Source of the DNA: a virus
Direction: 5' to 3' (one strand)
IMG/VR virus record: IMGVR_UViG_3300044701_003269
Span: 64,001 to 128,000 of that record
Length of the DNA stretch: 64,000 nt
Part shown: piece after piece, positions 10,601-20,207 of the stretch
How positions within the stretch are numbered: the first letter of the stretch is position 1
Layout of the letters: every line of letters begins with the position of its first letter
Made by a program: the position numbers and the translations under genes
The notes under the pieces: model-generated
Databases searched by the model: none
What the model was told of the DNA's origin: nothing
Seen by the model: the letters and a program-made list of their open reading frames with translations, nothing else

Positions 10601-10766
10601 CCAATCATCTTTTAATAGAAAACCAACTGCGGATGAAGCTTTTGAATATATAAGTCAATACGTAAATTCTAGTATAGATCTTGGTACTTTAGCTTCACGA
10701 ATTTCTTCTTCTGGTGCATTTAGATCTTCTACTGGTCTCATATCTTTTTGTGGCGCTAGATTATAA
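7608..10766 (+). CDS. virion fiber-associated protein with Ig-like repeats and a Gly-rich C-terminal domain, 1052 aa
   Basis: Repeated FxF..SxxITxSG..VTTR units; GAGGGGAGG motifs; RBS AAGGAG. Confidence 0.75.
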   Translation: MSPLLGAIGDASEYAYRGTLDDVPEDFNFTSIVDAEPGVAYTTGPITITGLNNKVQVVVSAGASIAVNSGIFTSGPTFIRSNDTIAIYTPTTQGTDDDFSKTYTITATVGQTSKDWTVTTRDKDSLPDSFSFTTATNQELDTTVTSNTIILSGLEPTVSSGALITSGIGSFSKNGGVPGTASTVGNGDSLAVVLQSPIDYSKTNTTTLQVGTFSTDFSVVTRDADTTVDQFFFTNFTNVAISSSFDSNSITLSGADTNTVDAPVPLTATVTGGFLKVDRGAIPIRDFSVDPITVFNGDTLTLKINSSPSYSEIRNATLSITGVNTPVGVASTFSVTTRPNISDTVVNNFQFVDKSNQDRGVLVISDPITISGITTGADDFASIFLTNNADGGEFRITRNGVVVRDFGTANSGVRQGDLVDLRIRTSPASEGTVLTNVNIAGTDNNDINNVFSQTRTDTWVVKSAKRNCPLSLPTFQTVTGVNPGTVQSVTFIPAGYDTDCNVKVSTSNSNSTLSVGGTTGNNLVVAPGVACTVFLTAGSFGQSRTTTITLTANNNIPTPISTTSNFTVTTRASSDPTITRFTVTPSTVQCGQQAVIEWATQNTVSISPSGFSGVTTSGFAFVTPTSNTTYSLTATGPDATTQTLSVPVIVTGVTNATLQADFQSIPFNDTATLFWSTQGAAFISNNFGAPSSQLSGSKVVGPLKQTTTYTLTAFSGSSCPNSPQRSVTINVAPCTEEVTTESIVSGVDLTFTVANAGNGFADYLTSFGGFNLSSPARAPISGGTQTFQSGPTLGSYGAGTCSSFQSDSCVAFAQFNSPSQAWQVPAGVTQIQVTVLGAGGGGAGGGSSVRGGRGGDGAQTSITVNVSPGQFVRYDVGAGGQGGPQCESGNIGGGGIGGGPGGTTFARFDNGQFCYATGGGGGRRSNFQTLDGSPGFSDPGGSLNFSSGGLGGTSGNFRGICIGGRGGQGQGGRLFITYTQNIEGASWSSLLSTIVNQFQSSFNRKPTADEAFEYISQYVNSSIDLGTLASRISSSGAFRSSTGLISFCGARL

Positions 10767-10831
10767 TAAAACTATAATTATTTAAATGTGTGTCATATCA
10801 TAAATACTTAAAAGTTTCTATACCATAACCA

Positions 10832-11167
10832 ATGGCAGCAGTAAGCGAAGTACATTTAGTTATTCATAAAGGAACTTACTTTGAGGAAACCTTTTCATTA
10901 AGTGCGGAGGATGGTGGTGTTCTTAATTTGACAAACACTACTGCAGTTTCAAAACTCAAAAAGCATCCAACTGCTGGTATTGCTTACACTTTTTCTACCA
11001 CTATTACAGTTGGTGATAGTACTGTAAAGATTTCAATGCCAGGGGCTTTAACTCAAACTTTACCCAGCGGTAGATGTGTTTATGATTTGGTTTTAACATC
11101 TTCTAGTGGATTGCATTCCAAAGTCGTAACAGGAACCGCACTAGTTCAGGAGTCAGTAAGCGTATGA
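10832..11167 (+). CDS. small structural/adaptor protein, 111 aa
   Basis: Late promoter; motif LPSGRCVYDLVL. Confidence 0.75.
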   Translation: MAAVSEVHLVIHKGTYFEETFSLSAEDGGVLNLTNTTAVSKLKKHPTAGIAYTFSTTITVGDSTVKISMPGALTQTLPSGRCVYDLVLTSSSGLHSKVVTGTALVQESVSV

Positions 11168-11457
11168 CTTACCAAGTTAGAGTATCTTCAAAATCTAAAA
11201 TCAAAGCAACCGTAGCATCAGGAGTAATCATGGCTAGAACTCTGGATGAACTATTAGATGTAGATGTCTCTGGAGTAAATGATAAGTATGTGATTATGTA
11301 TGACGCAACAACGCAGAAATATACTGCGGTTAATCCAGATGAAGTTTTCTCTGCAGCAACGTCAGAACCAATTCAACCTGGATTACCTAATGATTTTATG
11401 GATATGTTGGATGACGATTTGGATAACCGTATTGATTTCGATGGCGGCAGTTTTTGA
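11164..11457 (+). CDS. small structural protein ending DFDGGSF, 97 aa
   Basis: ATGA overlap with the previous gene; LDELLDVD motif. Confidence 0.75.
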   Translation: MTYQVRVSSKSKIKATVASGVIMARTLDELLDVDVSGVNDKYVIMYDATTQKYTAVNPDEVFSAATSEPIQPGLPNDFMDMLDDDLDNRIDFDGGSF

Positions 11458-11492
11458 ATACTAAATAATAATATAATAAAAAAAAGAAGAAG

Positions 11493-13901
11493 ATGACTGC
11501 ACCTGTTATTCAGTTTAAGAGGGGTCTTCTTGCTAATCTTCCCGGTTTAAGGGCAGGTGAACCTGGTTTTACTACAGATAGTTACGATCTGTATGTTGGT
11601 CTTACCTCAGAAACATCAACTAATAAATTCTTTGGATCTCATAGATATTGGACTAAGGAAACAGAATCTACTGGAAGTGGATTAAACCTTGTAGAGGGAA
11701 CTTCCAATGGTTCTGATTATATTACTATCCAATCTCCCAATTCTCTTGCTGGAATTGTAACTTATATCCTTCCAGGAGTTCAAGGTGCCGTTCAAAGTGT
11801 ATTAACAAATGATGGAAGTGGAAATCTAACCTGGGCTAGTGGTTCGCTGAACGCAGTATTCAGTGGTATTACTACGATTGGTGGAGATTTTCTTGATGTA
11901 AATGTCAACAGTGATTTTGCTGGCATCACGACATTCAGCAATACCGAAGATAATACATTAGGCGATCCAAATACAGGTGCCGTTCAAATTGACGGTGGTT
12001 TAGGTGTTGATAAGAACGTAACGATTGGAGCAGGCCTCTCTGTTTCTGGAGAATCATACTTTATTGGCACTGCAACCTTCTATGGTGGTACTTTAAATCT
12101 TGGTGATAGTGATGGAGATAATATTAACGTAGCTGGTGAGTTTGTTTCCAATCTAACTCCAAATGCTGACGATACATATGATATTGGCGATAATTCTACA
12201 CCTAAGAGATGGAGACACTCAGCATTCTCTGGTGTAGGTACATTTGCAACTGGTGTTGTTGCCGACAATGTTCGCCTTGGAATTGGAGGTAATGGCGTAG
12301 TTGATACTACATCAGGTTCTCTTTATCTAGATTCGGCAAGTGGAACTACAATAGTTAATGACCGTTTAGATGTTCTTGGTGACTTAGATGTAGCCGGAAA
12401 CGTTTTCATTGGTGGAACAACAGTTACTCTTCGTGGTGAAGATGTCTTCATTGAAAACAAAGATATTGTTCTTGGATATACAACTTCAATAACTCCAAAT
12501 GATACAACTGCAAATCACGCAGGTGTTGCCATTGCATCAACAGAAGGCACTCCGTTAGTACCTTTTGCTGCATCTGGAATTAATACTCTTCCAGACACAT
12601 ATAAGCAATTGATGTGGTTCCGTAGCGGAACTCTTGGATTTGCAACTGATGCATTTGCCTTTAACTATGGTGTGGCAATTGGAACCACAACAATGGCAGA
12701 CGGAGTTCGTCTTGCTGTTGGTTCTAGCGTTACAATATCTGATGATACTATTACGGCACCAAATTTATCATTAACTTCCGCAACAGTAAGCAACTTAACA
12801 CAAGGCAGAGTTGTTCTTGCAGGAGCATCAGGAATTCTTGAAGATAGTGCAAATCTTACTTTTGGCGCGGGTGGTTTAATAGTTGGTGCTGGTGGAATTA
12901 ATGTTACTGGAGTTTCAACATTCTCGACAGATTTGGTTGTTGGTGGTGACGTAAGAATTAACGGCAACGATATTCAAGCATCTGATGGAAATGCTAATAT
13001 CACATTAACTTCCAACACACTAACAGCATTTGCGGGTGATATTAGAGTTAATGGAAATGATATTCAAGCATCCGATGGAAATGCTAATATCACGCTAACT
13101 TCAAATACCCTGACAACATTTGCTGGTGATATTAAGGTCTCCGGTAATGATATTCAAGCATCTGATGGAAATGCTAACATTACATTAACCTCTAATACAT
13201 TAACCACATTTGCTGGTGATATTAAGGTTACTGGTAATGACATTCAAGCATCTGATGGTAACACCAATATTACATTAACCTCTAATACATTAACAACATT
13301 TTCTGGTGACATTAAGGTTACTGGTAATGACATTCAAGCATCTGATGGAACTACTGCCATCACAATGTCCTCCGCAAATGTTACTGTTGCTGGAGACTTA
13401 ACTGTCGGTGGTAGTGATATTAAGGCAGCAGACGGAACTACTGCATTAACACTTGCCAATTCTACTGGTGCTGTTACCACATCAAATGACTTGACCGTTA
13501 GTGGAAATCTTTTTGTTTCTGGCAACACAACTCAAGTCAATACAGCAGCTCTAACTGTAGAAGATAGAACGATTGATTTGGGTATTGTGAATGGTGCTGC
13601 ACCAGCATCTTCAACTACTTGGGATTTGGGTGTCCTTTTTAATTATCATTCAGGTGGTTCTGCAAAGAAATCTGCGGTTATTTGGGAACACGGAGACACC
13701 AGATTTAAGTTTGCAAGTGTTCTCTCTGCAGATACTGATGGTTCTGATAATAGTACTCCACAACTTTCAGTTACAACCTTTGCTCCCATCGAAATTGGTG
13801 CATTATGGGTAAATGATTGTGCTGGTTCCTCTCAGGTTATTTCTTGCACTGGCACTGAAAGATTCCTTGAGAATATCACTATTGATGCTGGAACTTTCTG
13901 A
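11493..13901 (+). CDS. tail-fiber-like protein, 802 aa
   Basis: N-terminal IQFKRG..GEPGF; 30-aa shaft repeats; ends IDAGTF. Confidence 0.8.
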   Translation: MTAPVIQFKRGLLANLPGLRAGEPGFTTDSYDLYVGLTSETSTNKFFGSHRYWTKETESTGSGLNLVEGTSNGSDYITIQSPNSLAGIVTYILPGVQGAVQSVLTNDGSGNLTWASGSLNAVFSGITTIGGDFLDVNVNSDFAGITTFSNTEDNTLGDPNTGAVQIDGGLGVDKNVTIGAGLSVSGESYFIGTATFYGGTLNLGDSDGDNINVAGEFVSNLTPNADDTYDIGDNSTPKRWRHSAFSGVGTFATGVVADNVRLGIGGNGVVDTTSGSLYLDSASGTTIVNDRLDVLGDLDVAGNVFIGGTTVTLRGEDVFIENKDIVLGYTTSITPNDTTANHAGVAIASTEGTPLVPFAASGINTLPDTYKQLMWFRSGTLGFATDAFAFNYGVAIGTTTMADGVRLAVGSSVTISDDTITAPNLSLTSATVSNLTQGRVVLAGASGILEDSANLTFGAGGLIVGAGGINVTGVSTFSTDLVVGGDVRINGNDIQASDGNANITLTSNTLTAFAGDIRVNGNDIQASDGNANITLTSNTLTTFAGDIKVSGNDIQASDGNANITLTSNTLTTFAGDIKVTGNDIQASDGNTNITLTSNTLTTFSGDIKVTGNDIQASDGTTAITMSSANVTVAGDLTVGGSDIKAADGTTALTLANSTGAVTTSNDLTVSGNLFVSGNTTQVNTAALTVEDRTIDLGIVNGAAPASSTTWDLGVLFNYHSGGSAKKSAVIWEHGDTRFKFASVLSADTDGSDNSTPQLSVTTFAPIEIGALWVNDCAGSSQVISCTGTERFLENITIDAGTF
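12945..13350 (+). repeat. 90-nt coding tandem repeat, about 4.5 copies
   Basis: Units start at 12945, 13035, 13125, 13215 and 13305 (GDIKVxGNDIQASDGNANITLTSNTLTTFA). Confidence 0.9.
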
Positions 13902-13923
13902 TAATTTAAATTAGATAATCTCT

Positions 13924-13955
13924 AAATACACCTAGTCAACTAGGTGTATTTTTTT
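13924..13955 (+). terminator. intrinsic terminator overlapping a late promoter
   Basis: AAATACACCTAG-TCAA-CTAGGTGTATTT-TTTT; TAAATA at 13923-13928. Confidence 0.7.
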
Positions 13956-14144
13956 ATGTCTGAAGAAGATTTGAAGTTGGTTCTTTCAAAATATCAACAA
14001 AAAACATTTGAGTTATTCAACCAAAATATTGTATTGGAAACTCAAGTAGAAAAACTAAATTCAACAATACAAGTATTAAATTTAGAATTAGAAAAGTTAA
14101 AGAAGCCTAAAAGAGGAGCAAAAGCGGAGGATGAATTCTCATAA
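13956..14144 (+). CDS. small coiled-coil protein, 62 aa
   Basis: In-frame ATG of track ORF 13944; heptad pattern. Confidence 0.7.
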   Translation: MSEEDLKLVLSKYQQKTFELFNQNIVLETQVEKLNSTIQVLNLELEKLKKPKRGAKAEDEFS

Positions 14145-14200
14145 ATAATAAAAACTCTTATATAAGAGTTTCTACGGTCTCTACCAAAATGAGAGGTTGA

Positions 14201-16063
14201 ATGGCAGATCCAAATATAAGAATTAAACGATCTTCGGTTCCCGGGAAAGTTCCATTACCAGGACAACTTCCTTTAGGAGAACTAGCTCTCAATACTTATG
14301 ATGCAGAATTATTTGCTCGTAGAGAACGTTCAGGCATTGGCACCGATATTGTAAGACTTGGTGCAGGCGCAACAGTTACTAATATTTTATATGTCACACA
14401 AGACGGAAGCGACTCCAACACAGGAAAAAAACTTGGAGACGCAAAAAGAACAATCGGAGCAGCACTCACAACAGCAACAACAGGAACAGTTATTAAAGTT
14501 AGTGCTGGATCTTATATAGAAAATAATCCTCTCACAATACCAGAACAAGTATCAATTGTTGGAGATAGTTTAAGAGAAGTATCAGTATCTCCACAGAATG
14601 CAGATCAAGACTTGTTCTATGTCTCAAATGGCAACTATATTGCAGAAATGTCTTATACAGGCACTCTCAATAATGGAAAGGCAATATTTGCATTCAATCC
14701 AGAAGAAATAGGATATTTCGATCAGTCTCCTTACGTCCAGAACTGCACTAATTTCATTCCAAATAGTATTGGAATGAGAATTGATGGACTAAAAGCCATT
14801 GGTCCAACAAAATCAATGGTTGTTGATAGTTATACTCAATACAATCAAGGTGGTATTGGTGTTTCTATTACTAATGAAGGTTACGCACAACTAGTTTCAA
14901 TCTTCACTATCTGCAACGATACAGCAATCTATTGTGGTAGTGGTGCTGCTTGCGACCTTACAAACTCTAACTCATCATTCGGAAACTTTGGTTTAGTTGC
15001 TGATGGTCTTGGACCACTAAAATATACTGGAATCATTACTGCAGCGGCCGCAGAAAATGCATTTGAGTTTGTATTGGACCTAAATGTTCCAACACTGAAC
15101 GTTACAAACGCACTTTATGATAATACTACGGGTCTTACAACAATTACTGTAGATTCCAACCATAATTTTAATGTTGGAATGGGAGTTTCGATTGTTGGAC
15201 TTGGATTTACTTGCCCTTCAGGTCCTGGAATTGTAACATATCCATCTGGCAATAAAGGATATGTTTTTGAAGTACAAGCAACTCCTTCATCAACTTCTTT
15301 TGAGGTTTATGTTGGTGTTTCTACACTACAACATACTTATGATTCTGGTGGAACTGTAAAGATTAATGCAGTTCGTCCTTTTGACGGTCAGGTGATTTAT
15401 TTTGATTCTTTATATTACACAATTGATGGAGTTACCGTAAGTTCTGGTGGAACTGGATATACAGATAATGTTGATATTACTTTTGATGATCCAAGTGAAC
15501 CTTGGGGTATTCCAGCAACTGCTATTGGAGAAGTTAAAGATGGTGTAGTGACTAATGTTGAAATGATTTCAAATGGAAGAGGATATACAACAGCACCAAC
15601 CGTGACATTTGCTTCTCCCGATGTAGGCATAAACACTGCAACCGGAGAGGCACATTTAGTTCCGACTTATTATGTTATTCAAAGTTCAACACCAATTTCT
15701 GCTGGAATTTGTACCATAACTATTACAGATAATGTTCCTTATGCGATTGGGGTTGGTACAACAGTTCCATTCTTTAAGCAAAGTCGTGTATTAGCTTCAG
15801 GCCACTCAGTTGAATATATTGGTTCTGGAACAAATATTGCTGCAGCTCTTCCTCAGAATGGAGGAATACCAATTCAAGATAATGAAACTGTTTCTCGTAA
15901 TGGTGGTCTGGTTGTTTATACTACAACCGATCAGTCTGGTAATTTTAGAATTGGCGATGGTGTTGTTATTAATCAACAAACTGGAACTATTACCGGAACA
16001 TTTTTCTCAAAGAGTTTATTTTCAACCGTGACGCCTTTCATACTCGCACTAGGAGGAGACTAA
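14201..16063 (+). CDS. tail-fiber-like structural protein, 620 aa
   Basis: IRIKRS..GELALNTYD N-terminus; beta-helix-like segment similar to the 2136 protein (AQLVSIFTIC, TNSNSSFG, ASGH..EY.GSG). Confidence 0.8.
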   Translation: MADPNIRIKRSSVPGKVPLPGQLPLGELALNTYDAELFARRERSGIGTDIVRLGAGATVTNILYVTQDGSDSNTGKKLGDAKRTIGAALTTATTGTVIKVSAGSYIENNPLTIPEQVSIVGDSLREVSVSPQNADQDLFYVSNGNYIAEMSYTGTLNNGKAIFAFNPEEIGYFDQSPYVQNCTNFIPNSIGMRIDGLKAIGPTKSMVVDSYTQYNQGGIGVSITNEGYAQLVSIFTICNDTAIYCGSGAACDLTNSNSSFGNFGLVADGLGPLKYTGIITAAAAENAFEFVLDLNVPTLNVTNALYDNTTGLTTITVDSNHNFNVGMGVSIVGLGFTCPSGPGIVTYPSGNKGYVFEVQATPSSTSFEVYVGVSTLQHTYDSGGTVKINAVRPFDGQVIYFDSLYYTIDGVTVSSGGTGYTDNVDITFDDPSEPWGIPATAIGEVKDGVVTNVEMISNGRGYTTAPTVTFASPDVGINTATGEAHLVPTYYVIQSSTPISAGICTITITDNVPYAIGVGTTVPFFKQSRVLASGHSVEYIGSGTNIAAALPQNGGIPIQDNETVSRNGGLVVYTTTDQSGNFRIGDGVVINQQTGTITGTFFSKSLFSTVTPFILALGGD

Positions 16064-16067
16064 TACA

Positions 16068-16397
16068 ATGGCACTAGCACTTAATATATTTAAAACTGTT
16101 ACATCGATTGTTGATACAACTCCAGTTGTGGTTTATACGGCACCAGTTGGTTATACAGGTGTTGTTCTTTTAGCACAAGTAGCAAATACTGGTGTAACTT
16201 CTGAAGACACAACATTCGTCCATCGTAGAAATTCTACGGATACTGAAATATTAAAATCATTTCCAATTGCTTCGCACGATACTGCAAATCTTCTTGTAGG
16301 AAAATTAGTTCTTGAAAGTGGAGACAAATTAGTTTTATCTGGTAGCAATAATACCAATCTTAAGTTTATTGCAAGTATTTTAGAAACACTCAACTAA
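16068..16397 (+). CDS. fiber adaptor-like protein, 109 aa
   Basis: RBS AGGAGG; similar to 19824 and 30509 (VAN/HN..T..L..GD). Confidence 0.75.
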   Translation: MALALNIFKTVTSIVDTTPVVVYTAPVGYTGVVLLAQVANTGVTSEDTTFVHRRNSTDTEILKSFPIASHDTANLLVGKLVLESGDKLVLSGSNNTNLKFIASILETLN

Positions 16398-16408
16398 TAT
16401 AGAAATCA

Positions 16409-19400
16409 ATGTCTAAGTATACCAGTAATCGTCAAAGAAATTTAAAGATTGGTATTAGTTCTTATACCGATAGTAGTACAGTATTAGAAGTTACTGGTAG
16501 AGTTGGTATTGGTACATCTAATGCTTCTACTAACTTAGATATTAATGGAGACCTGAGAGTTCGTGGAGCACTTTATGATAAGGACAACGAATCGGGTACG
16601 ACAGGGCAAATATTAGTTTCTACTGCTTCTGGTATTGACTGGCAGAATATTGATAGTATTCAAACAATTGAAACTATCATAAACACTTCTCTTACTGGTA
16701 TTAACATAAAAGATGAAGGTGTTGGTATTGGAACAACCTTCACTGCAATTAATTTTATAGGACTCGGAGTAAGTGCATCTGCGAATGGAACAACCGCAGA
16801 TATAACTTTCGAGCAACAGGTAGGTCCTCAAGGTATTCAAGGTACTGAAGGAACTCAGGGCACTCAAGGTATTCAAGGTACTCAAGGTACTCAAGGAATT
16901 CAAGGCAATGAGGGAACTCAGGGCACTCAAGGTATTCAAGGAGTTCAAGGCACTCAAGGTATTCAAGGTACTGAAGGTACTCAGGGTATTGAAGGCCCAG
17001 TAGCAGGTTCTGCATATCAAGTTGTTTATAAAGATGGGTCCAATGTTGCAACAGGATCAACTAATCTGACCTTTAATGGAACTGAGTTAGTCACTTATGA
17101 TTTAACAGTTCTCAATAATACAGATATTAATGGCAATCTGAATGTTGATGGAACTATCACAATTGGTGGTACAACAGCACAATTAAACACTCAACAATTA
17201 ACAGTATCGGACCCAGATATTGTTCTTGGTTTAGGAACTGATTTTTCACCAACAGATATTACCGCAAGTCACGGTGGTATTGCGATTGCATCAACTGAAG
17301 GAACTCCTCTTGTAAGTCTTGCGATTGGTGGCGAAACCAACCCAGACACATATAAGAAAATTATGTGGTTCCGTGGTGGTGATATTGGTGCTGGATATAC
17401 TGATGCTTGGTTATTTAACTATGGAGTTGGTATTGGTTCCACACAAGTTCCAATTGGCGTAAGACTTGCTGCTGGCGGAATGCAAGTTACTGATAGCACC
17501 ATCAGTTCTCCACAACTCAATATCTCTGGCGTTTCTACTTTTGGTGGAGTAATTGAACTTGATGGTGGTTTAAAAGATTTCTATGGAAACACGGGAATAG
17601 GAGGTTCAATTCTTGTTTCTACTGGTACTGGTGTTTCTTGGACCACTCCATTTGCTGCCGGTATCCAGGGTATCCAGGGCACAACAGGTTCTCAAGGTAC
17701 TGAAGGATCTCAGGGTACTCAAGGTATCCAGGGTATTGAAGGATCACAGGGAACTCAAGGTATTCAGGGTATTAAAGGTGAAGATGGTATAATTGGTGTT
17801 AATGGAGCTCAGGGTACTCAAGGTATCCAGGGAATTCAAGGTATTCAGGGAATTCAAGGTTCAACTGGATTAAACGATTGGGAATTAAAAACAAGCACTT
17901 ATACTGCAGTAAGCGGTGACAGATTAATTGCCAATACATCTGGCGGCACTTTTACAATTAATCTTCCATCAAGTCCTTCATTAGGAGATAATGTTGCTAT
18001 TGCTGATGGATCAAACTGGGAAACTACAAATCTAACAGTTAGTAGGAATGGATCAACAATTGAAGGATTGAGTGAAGATTTTACTTTAGATATTACGGGT
18101 ACTGTCGTTCAATTTGTTTATGATGGATCAACTTGGCAGGTTTATGCAAATATTGGAACTCAAGGAACTACAGGAGCACAGGGGACTGCAGGAAGCCAAG
18201 GTATTCAAGGTTTTAGTTTTAATAAAACTATTGATACTTTTACCGCAACTGAGGGCCAAACAACATTTACAGTTAATTATGTTGTTGGATATGTTGATGT
18301 TTATTTGAATGGAGTTCATTTATCAGAATCTGAATTTACGGCAACAAATGGCACATCTATTATTCTTGCTGTAGGAGCTACAGCAGGAGATCTTATAGAT
18401 GTAATTAGTTTTACTGCCGCTGGTCCTCAAGGTACTCAAGGTACTCAAGGTACAACAGGTGCAGGTATTCAAGGTATTCAAGGTATTAAAGGTGAAGATG
18501 GTATAATTGGTGTTAACGGAGCTCAGGGTACTCAAGGTATCCAGGGAATTCAAGGATTTAGTTTTTCTAGACAAGAAACTAGTTTTACAGCAACTGAGGG
18601 GCAAACAACATTTGCAGTTAATTATGTTGTTGGATATGTTGATGTTTATTTGAATGGTATAAGATTAGGTGACGGCGAATACACTGCAACAAATGGAACT
18701 AGTATTGTTCTTACTGTTGGGGCTAGCGATGAGGATATAGTTGATGTAATTTCTTTTGAATCTGCTGGACCTCAAGGTACTCAGGGTACGATAGGTATTC
18801 AAGGTGCAATAGGAGCAGGGGCTCAAGGTATCCAGGGAATTCAAGGAATATCTGGTGCCAACTTTGACAAATCAACAGTAGTATATACAGCAACTGATGG
18901 CCAGACCACATTTGCCGCAACTTATACTGTTGGTTTTGTCGATGTTTATCTAAATGGTATTAGATTATCGCCTTCTCAGTATACCGCAACTAATGGGACT
19001 TCTGTTATTTTATCTGCAGGAGCAAGTTTAGGTGATATTATAGAGTTAGTTACTTACACTGGTGGAACTTTAGGAGCTCAAGGTGCTTCTGGCGTTAGCT
19101 ACGATAAAGCAGTAACTGTATATACTGCAACTGATAGTCAAACAACATTTGCTGTCACTTATACTGTTGGTTTTGTTGATGTCTATTTGAATGGTATAAG
19201 ATTATCACCATCTCAATATACCGCATCTAATGGAACATCAGTCATTTTATCTTCAGGAGCAAGTTTAGGTGATATTTTAGAATTAGTCGCTTACACCGGA
19301 GGAACTTTAGGAGCTCAAGGTATTCAAGGACCTCAAGGAACAACAGGTATCCAAGGTGCTGAAGGTACTCAAGGCACCACTGGAGCACAGGGTACTGAAG

Positions 19401-19792
19401 GTATTCAAGGCATTCAGGGTACTGAAGGTATTCAAGGTACTGAAGGAACTCAAGGAACTCAGGGTACTGAAGGTATTCAAGGCATTCAGGGTACTGAAGG
19501 TATTCAAGGTATTCAAGGCATAATTAGCCCAGTAGCAGGTTCTGCAAATCAAGTTGTTTATAAAGATGGTTCCAATAATTCAACAGGTTCTGATAATTTA
19601 ACTTTTACTGGCACAAATCTTGGAATAGGAACTAATAATCCAATATCAAAACTTACCGTTCAAGGTGACGCAACAATTAGTGGTATTGTTACTGCAAGTG
19701 CTTTTGTTGATGACGGAACAAACCTTCTTACGGAAATCAATACAAAACCATCTACAGGTAAAACTATTGCACTGTCTATTATTTTTGGATGA
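16409..19792 (+). CDS. collagen-like fiber protein with four TATxGQTTF..VDVYLNG domains, 1127 aa
   Basis: Several (Gly-X-Gln)n tracts interleaved with globular repeats. Confidence 0.85.
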   Translation: MSKYTSNRQRNLKIGISSYTDSSTVLEVTGRVGIGTSNASTNLDINGDLRVRGALYDKDNESGTTGQILVSTASGIDWQNIDSIQTIETIINTSLTGINIKDEGVGIGTTFTAINFIGLGVSASANGTTADITFEQQVGPQGIQGTEGTQGTQGIQGTQGTQGIQGNEGTQGTQGIQGVQGTQGIQGTEGTQGIEGPVAGSAYQVVYKDGSNVATGSTNLTFNGTELVTYDLTVLNNTDINGNLNVDGTITIGGTTAQLNTQQLTVSDPDIVLGLGTDFSPTDITASHGGIAIASTEGTPLVSLAIGGETNPDTYKKIMWFRGGDIGAGYTDAWLFNYGVGIGSTQVPIGVRLAAGGMQVTDSTISSPQLNISGVSTFGGVIELDGGLKDFYGNTGIGGSILVSTGTGVSWTTPFAAGIQGIQGTTGSQGTEGSQGTQGIQGIEGSQGTQGIQGIKGEDGIIGVNGAQGTQGIQGIQGIQGIQGSTGLNDWELKTSTYTAVSGDRLIANTSGGTFTINLPSSPSLGDNVAIADGSNWETTNLTVSRNGSTIEGLSEDFTLDITGTVVQFVYDGSTWQVYANIGTQGTTGAQGTAGSQGIQGFSFNKTIDTFTATEGQTTFTVNYVVGYVDVYLNGVHLSESEFTATNGTSIILAVGATAGDLIDVISFTAAGPQGTQGTQGTTGAGIQGIQGIKGEDGIIGVNGAQGTQGIQGIQGFSFSRQETSFTATEGQTTFAVNYVVGYVDVYLNGIRLGDGEYTATNGTSIVLTVGASDEDIVDVISFESAGPQGTQGTIGIQGAIGAGAQGIQGIQGISGANFDKSTVVYTATDGQTTFAATYTVGFVDVYLNGIRLSPSQYTATNGTSVILSAGASLGDIIELVTYTGGTLGAQGASGVSYDKAVTVYTATDSQTTFAVTYTVGFVDVYLNGIRLSPSQYTASNGTSVILSSGASLGDILELVAYTGGTLGAQGIQGPQGTTGIQGAEGTQGTTGAQGTEGIQGIQGTEGIQGTEGTQGTQGTEGIQGIQGTEGIQGIQGIISPVAGSANQVVYKDGSNNSTGSDNLTFTGTNLGIGTNNPISKLTVQGDATISGIVTASAFVDDGTNLLTEINTKPSTGKTIALSIIFG

Positions 19793-19823
19793 TGCTAAAT
19801 AACTATCAAGGAGATTTAAACAA

Positions 19824-20192
19824 ATGGCTGCACCCAATATAGTCAATGTAACAAGCGTCTATGGTAAAACTATGGGTGCTGCTTTAGGAGTAACTCTTAC
19901 TACAAATATTTTAACTTGTCCTGCAAATAAAGTTTTAAAGATTAACTCTATCATCGTTGCGAATGTTGATGGAACAAATAATGCTGATGCGAGTGTAACT
20001 TTTTATGATAGTAGTGCAGCAGCAGGATATAGACTTGCAAGTACCGTTACAGTTCCAGCAGATTCTACTTTAGTTGTACTTGGAAAAGATTCACCAATAT
20101 ACCTTGAAGAATCTGATGAAATTCGTGCAGGTGCAAGTGCATCGGGTGATTTAGAAATTATTATTTCTTATGAAGAACTTGATGATGCTTAA
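19824..20192 (+). CDS. fiber adaptor-like protein, 122 aa
   Basis: MAAPNIVNV..IIVANVDG..IYLEESD; RBS AAGGAG. Confidence 0.8.
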   Translation: MAAPNIVNVTSVYGKTMGAALGVTLTTNILTCPANKVLKINSIIVANVDGTNNADASVTFYDSSAAAGYRLASTVTVPADSTLVVLGKDSPIYLEESDEIRAGASASGDLEIIISYEELDDA

Positions 20193-20207
20193 TAGGAGGT
20201 AAGAACA

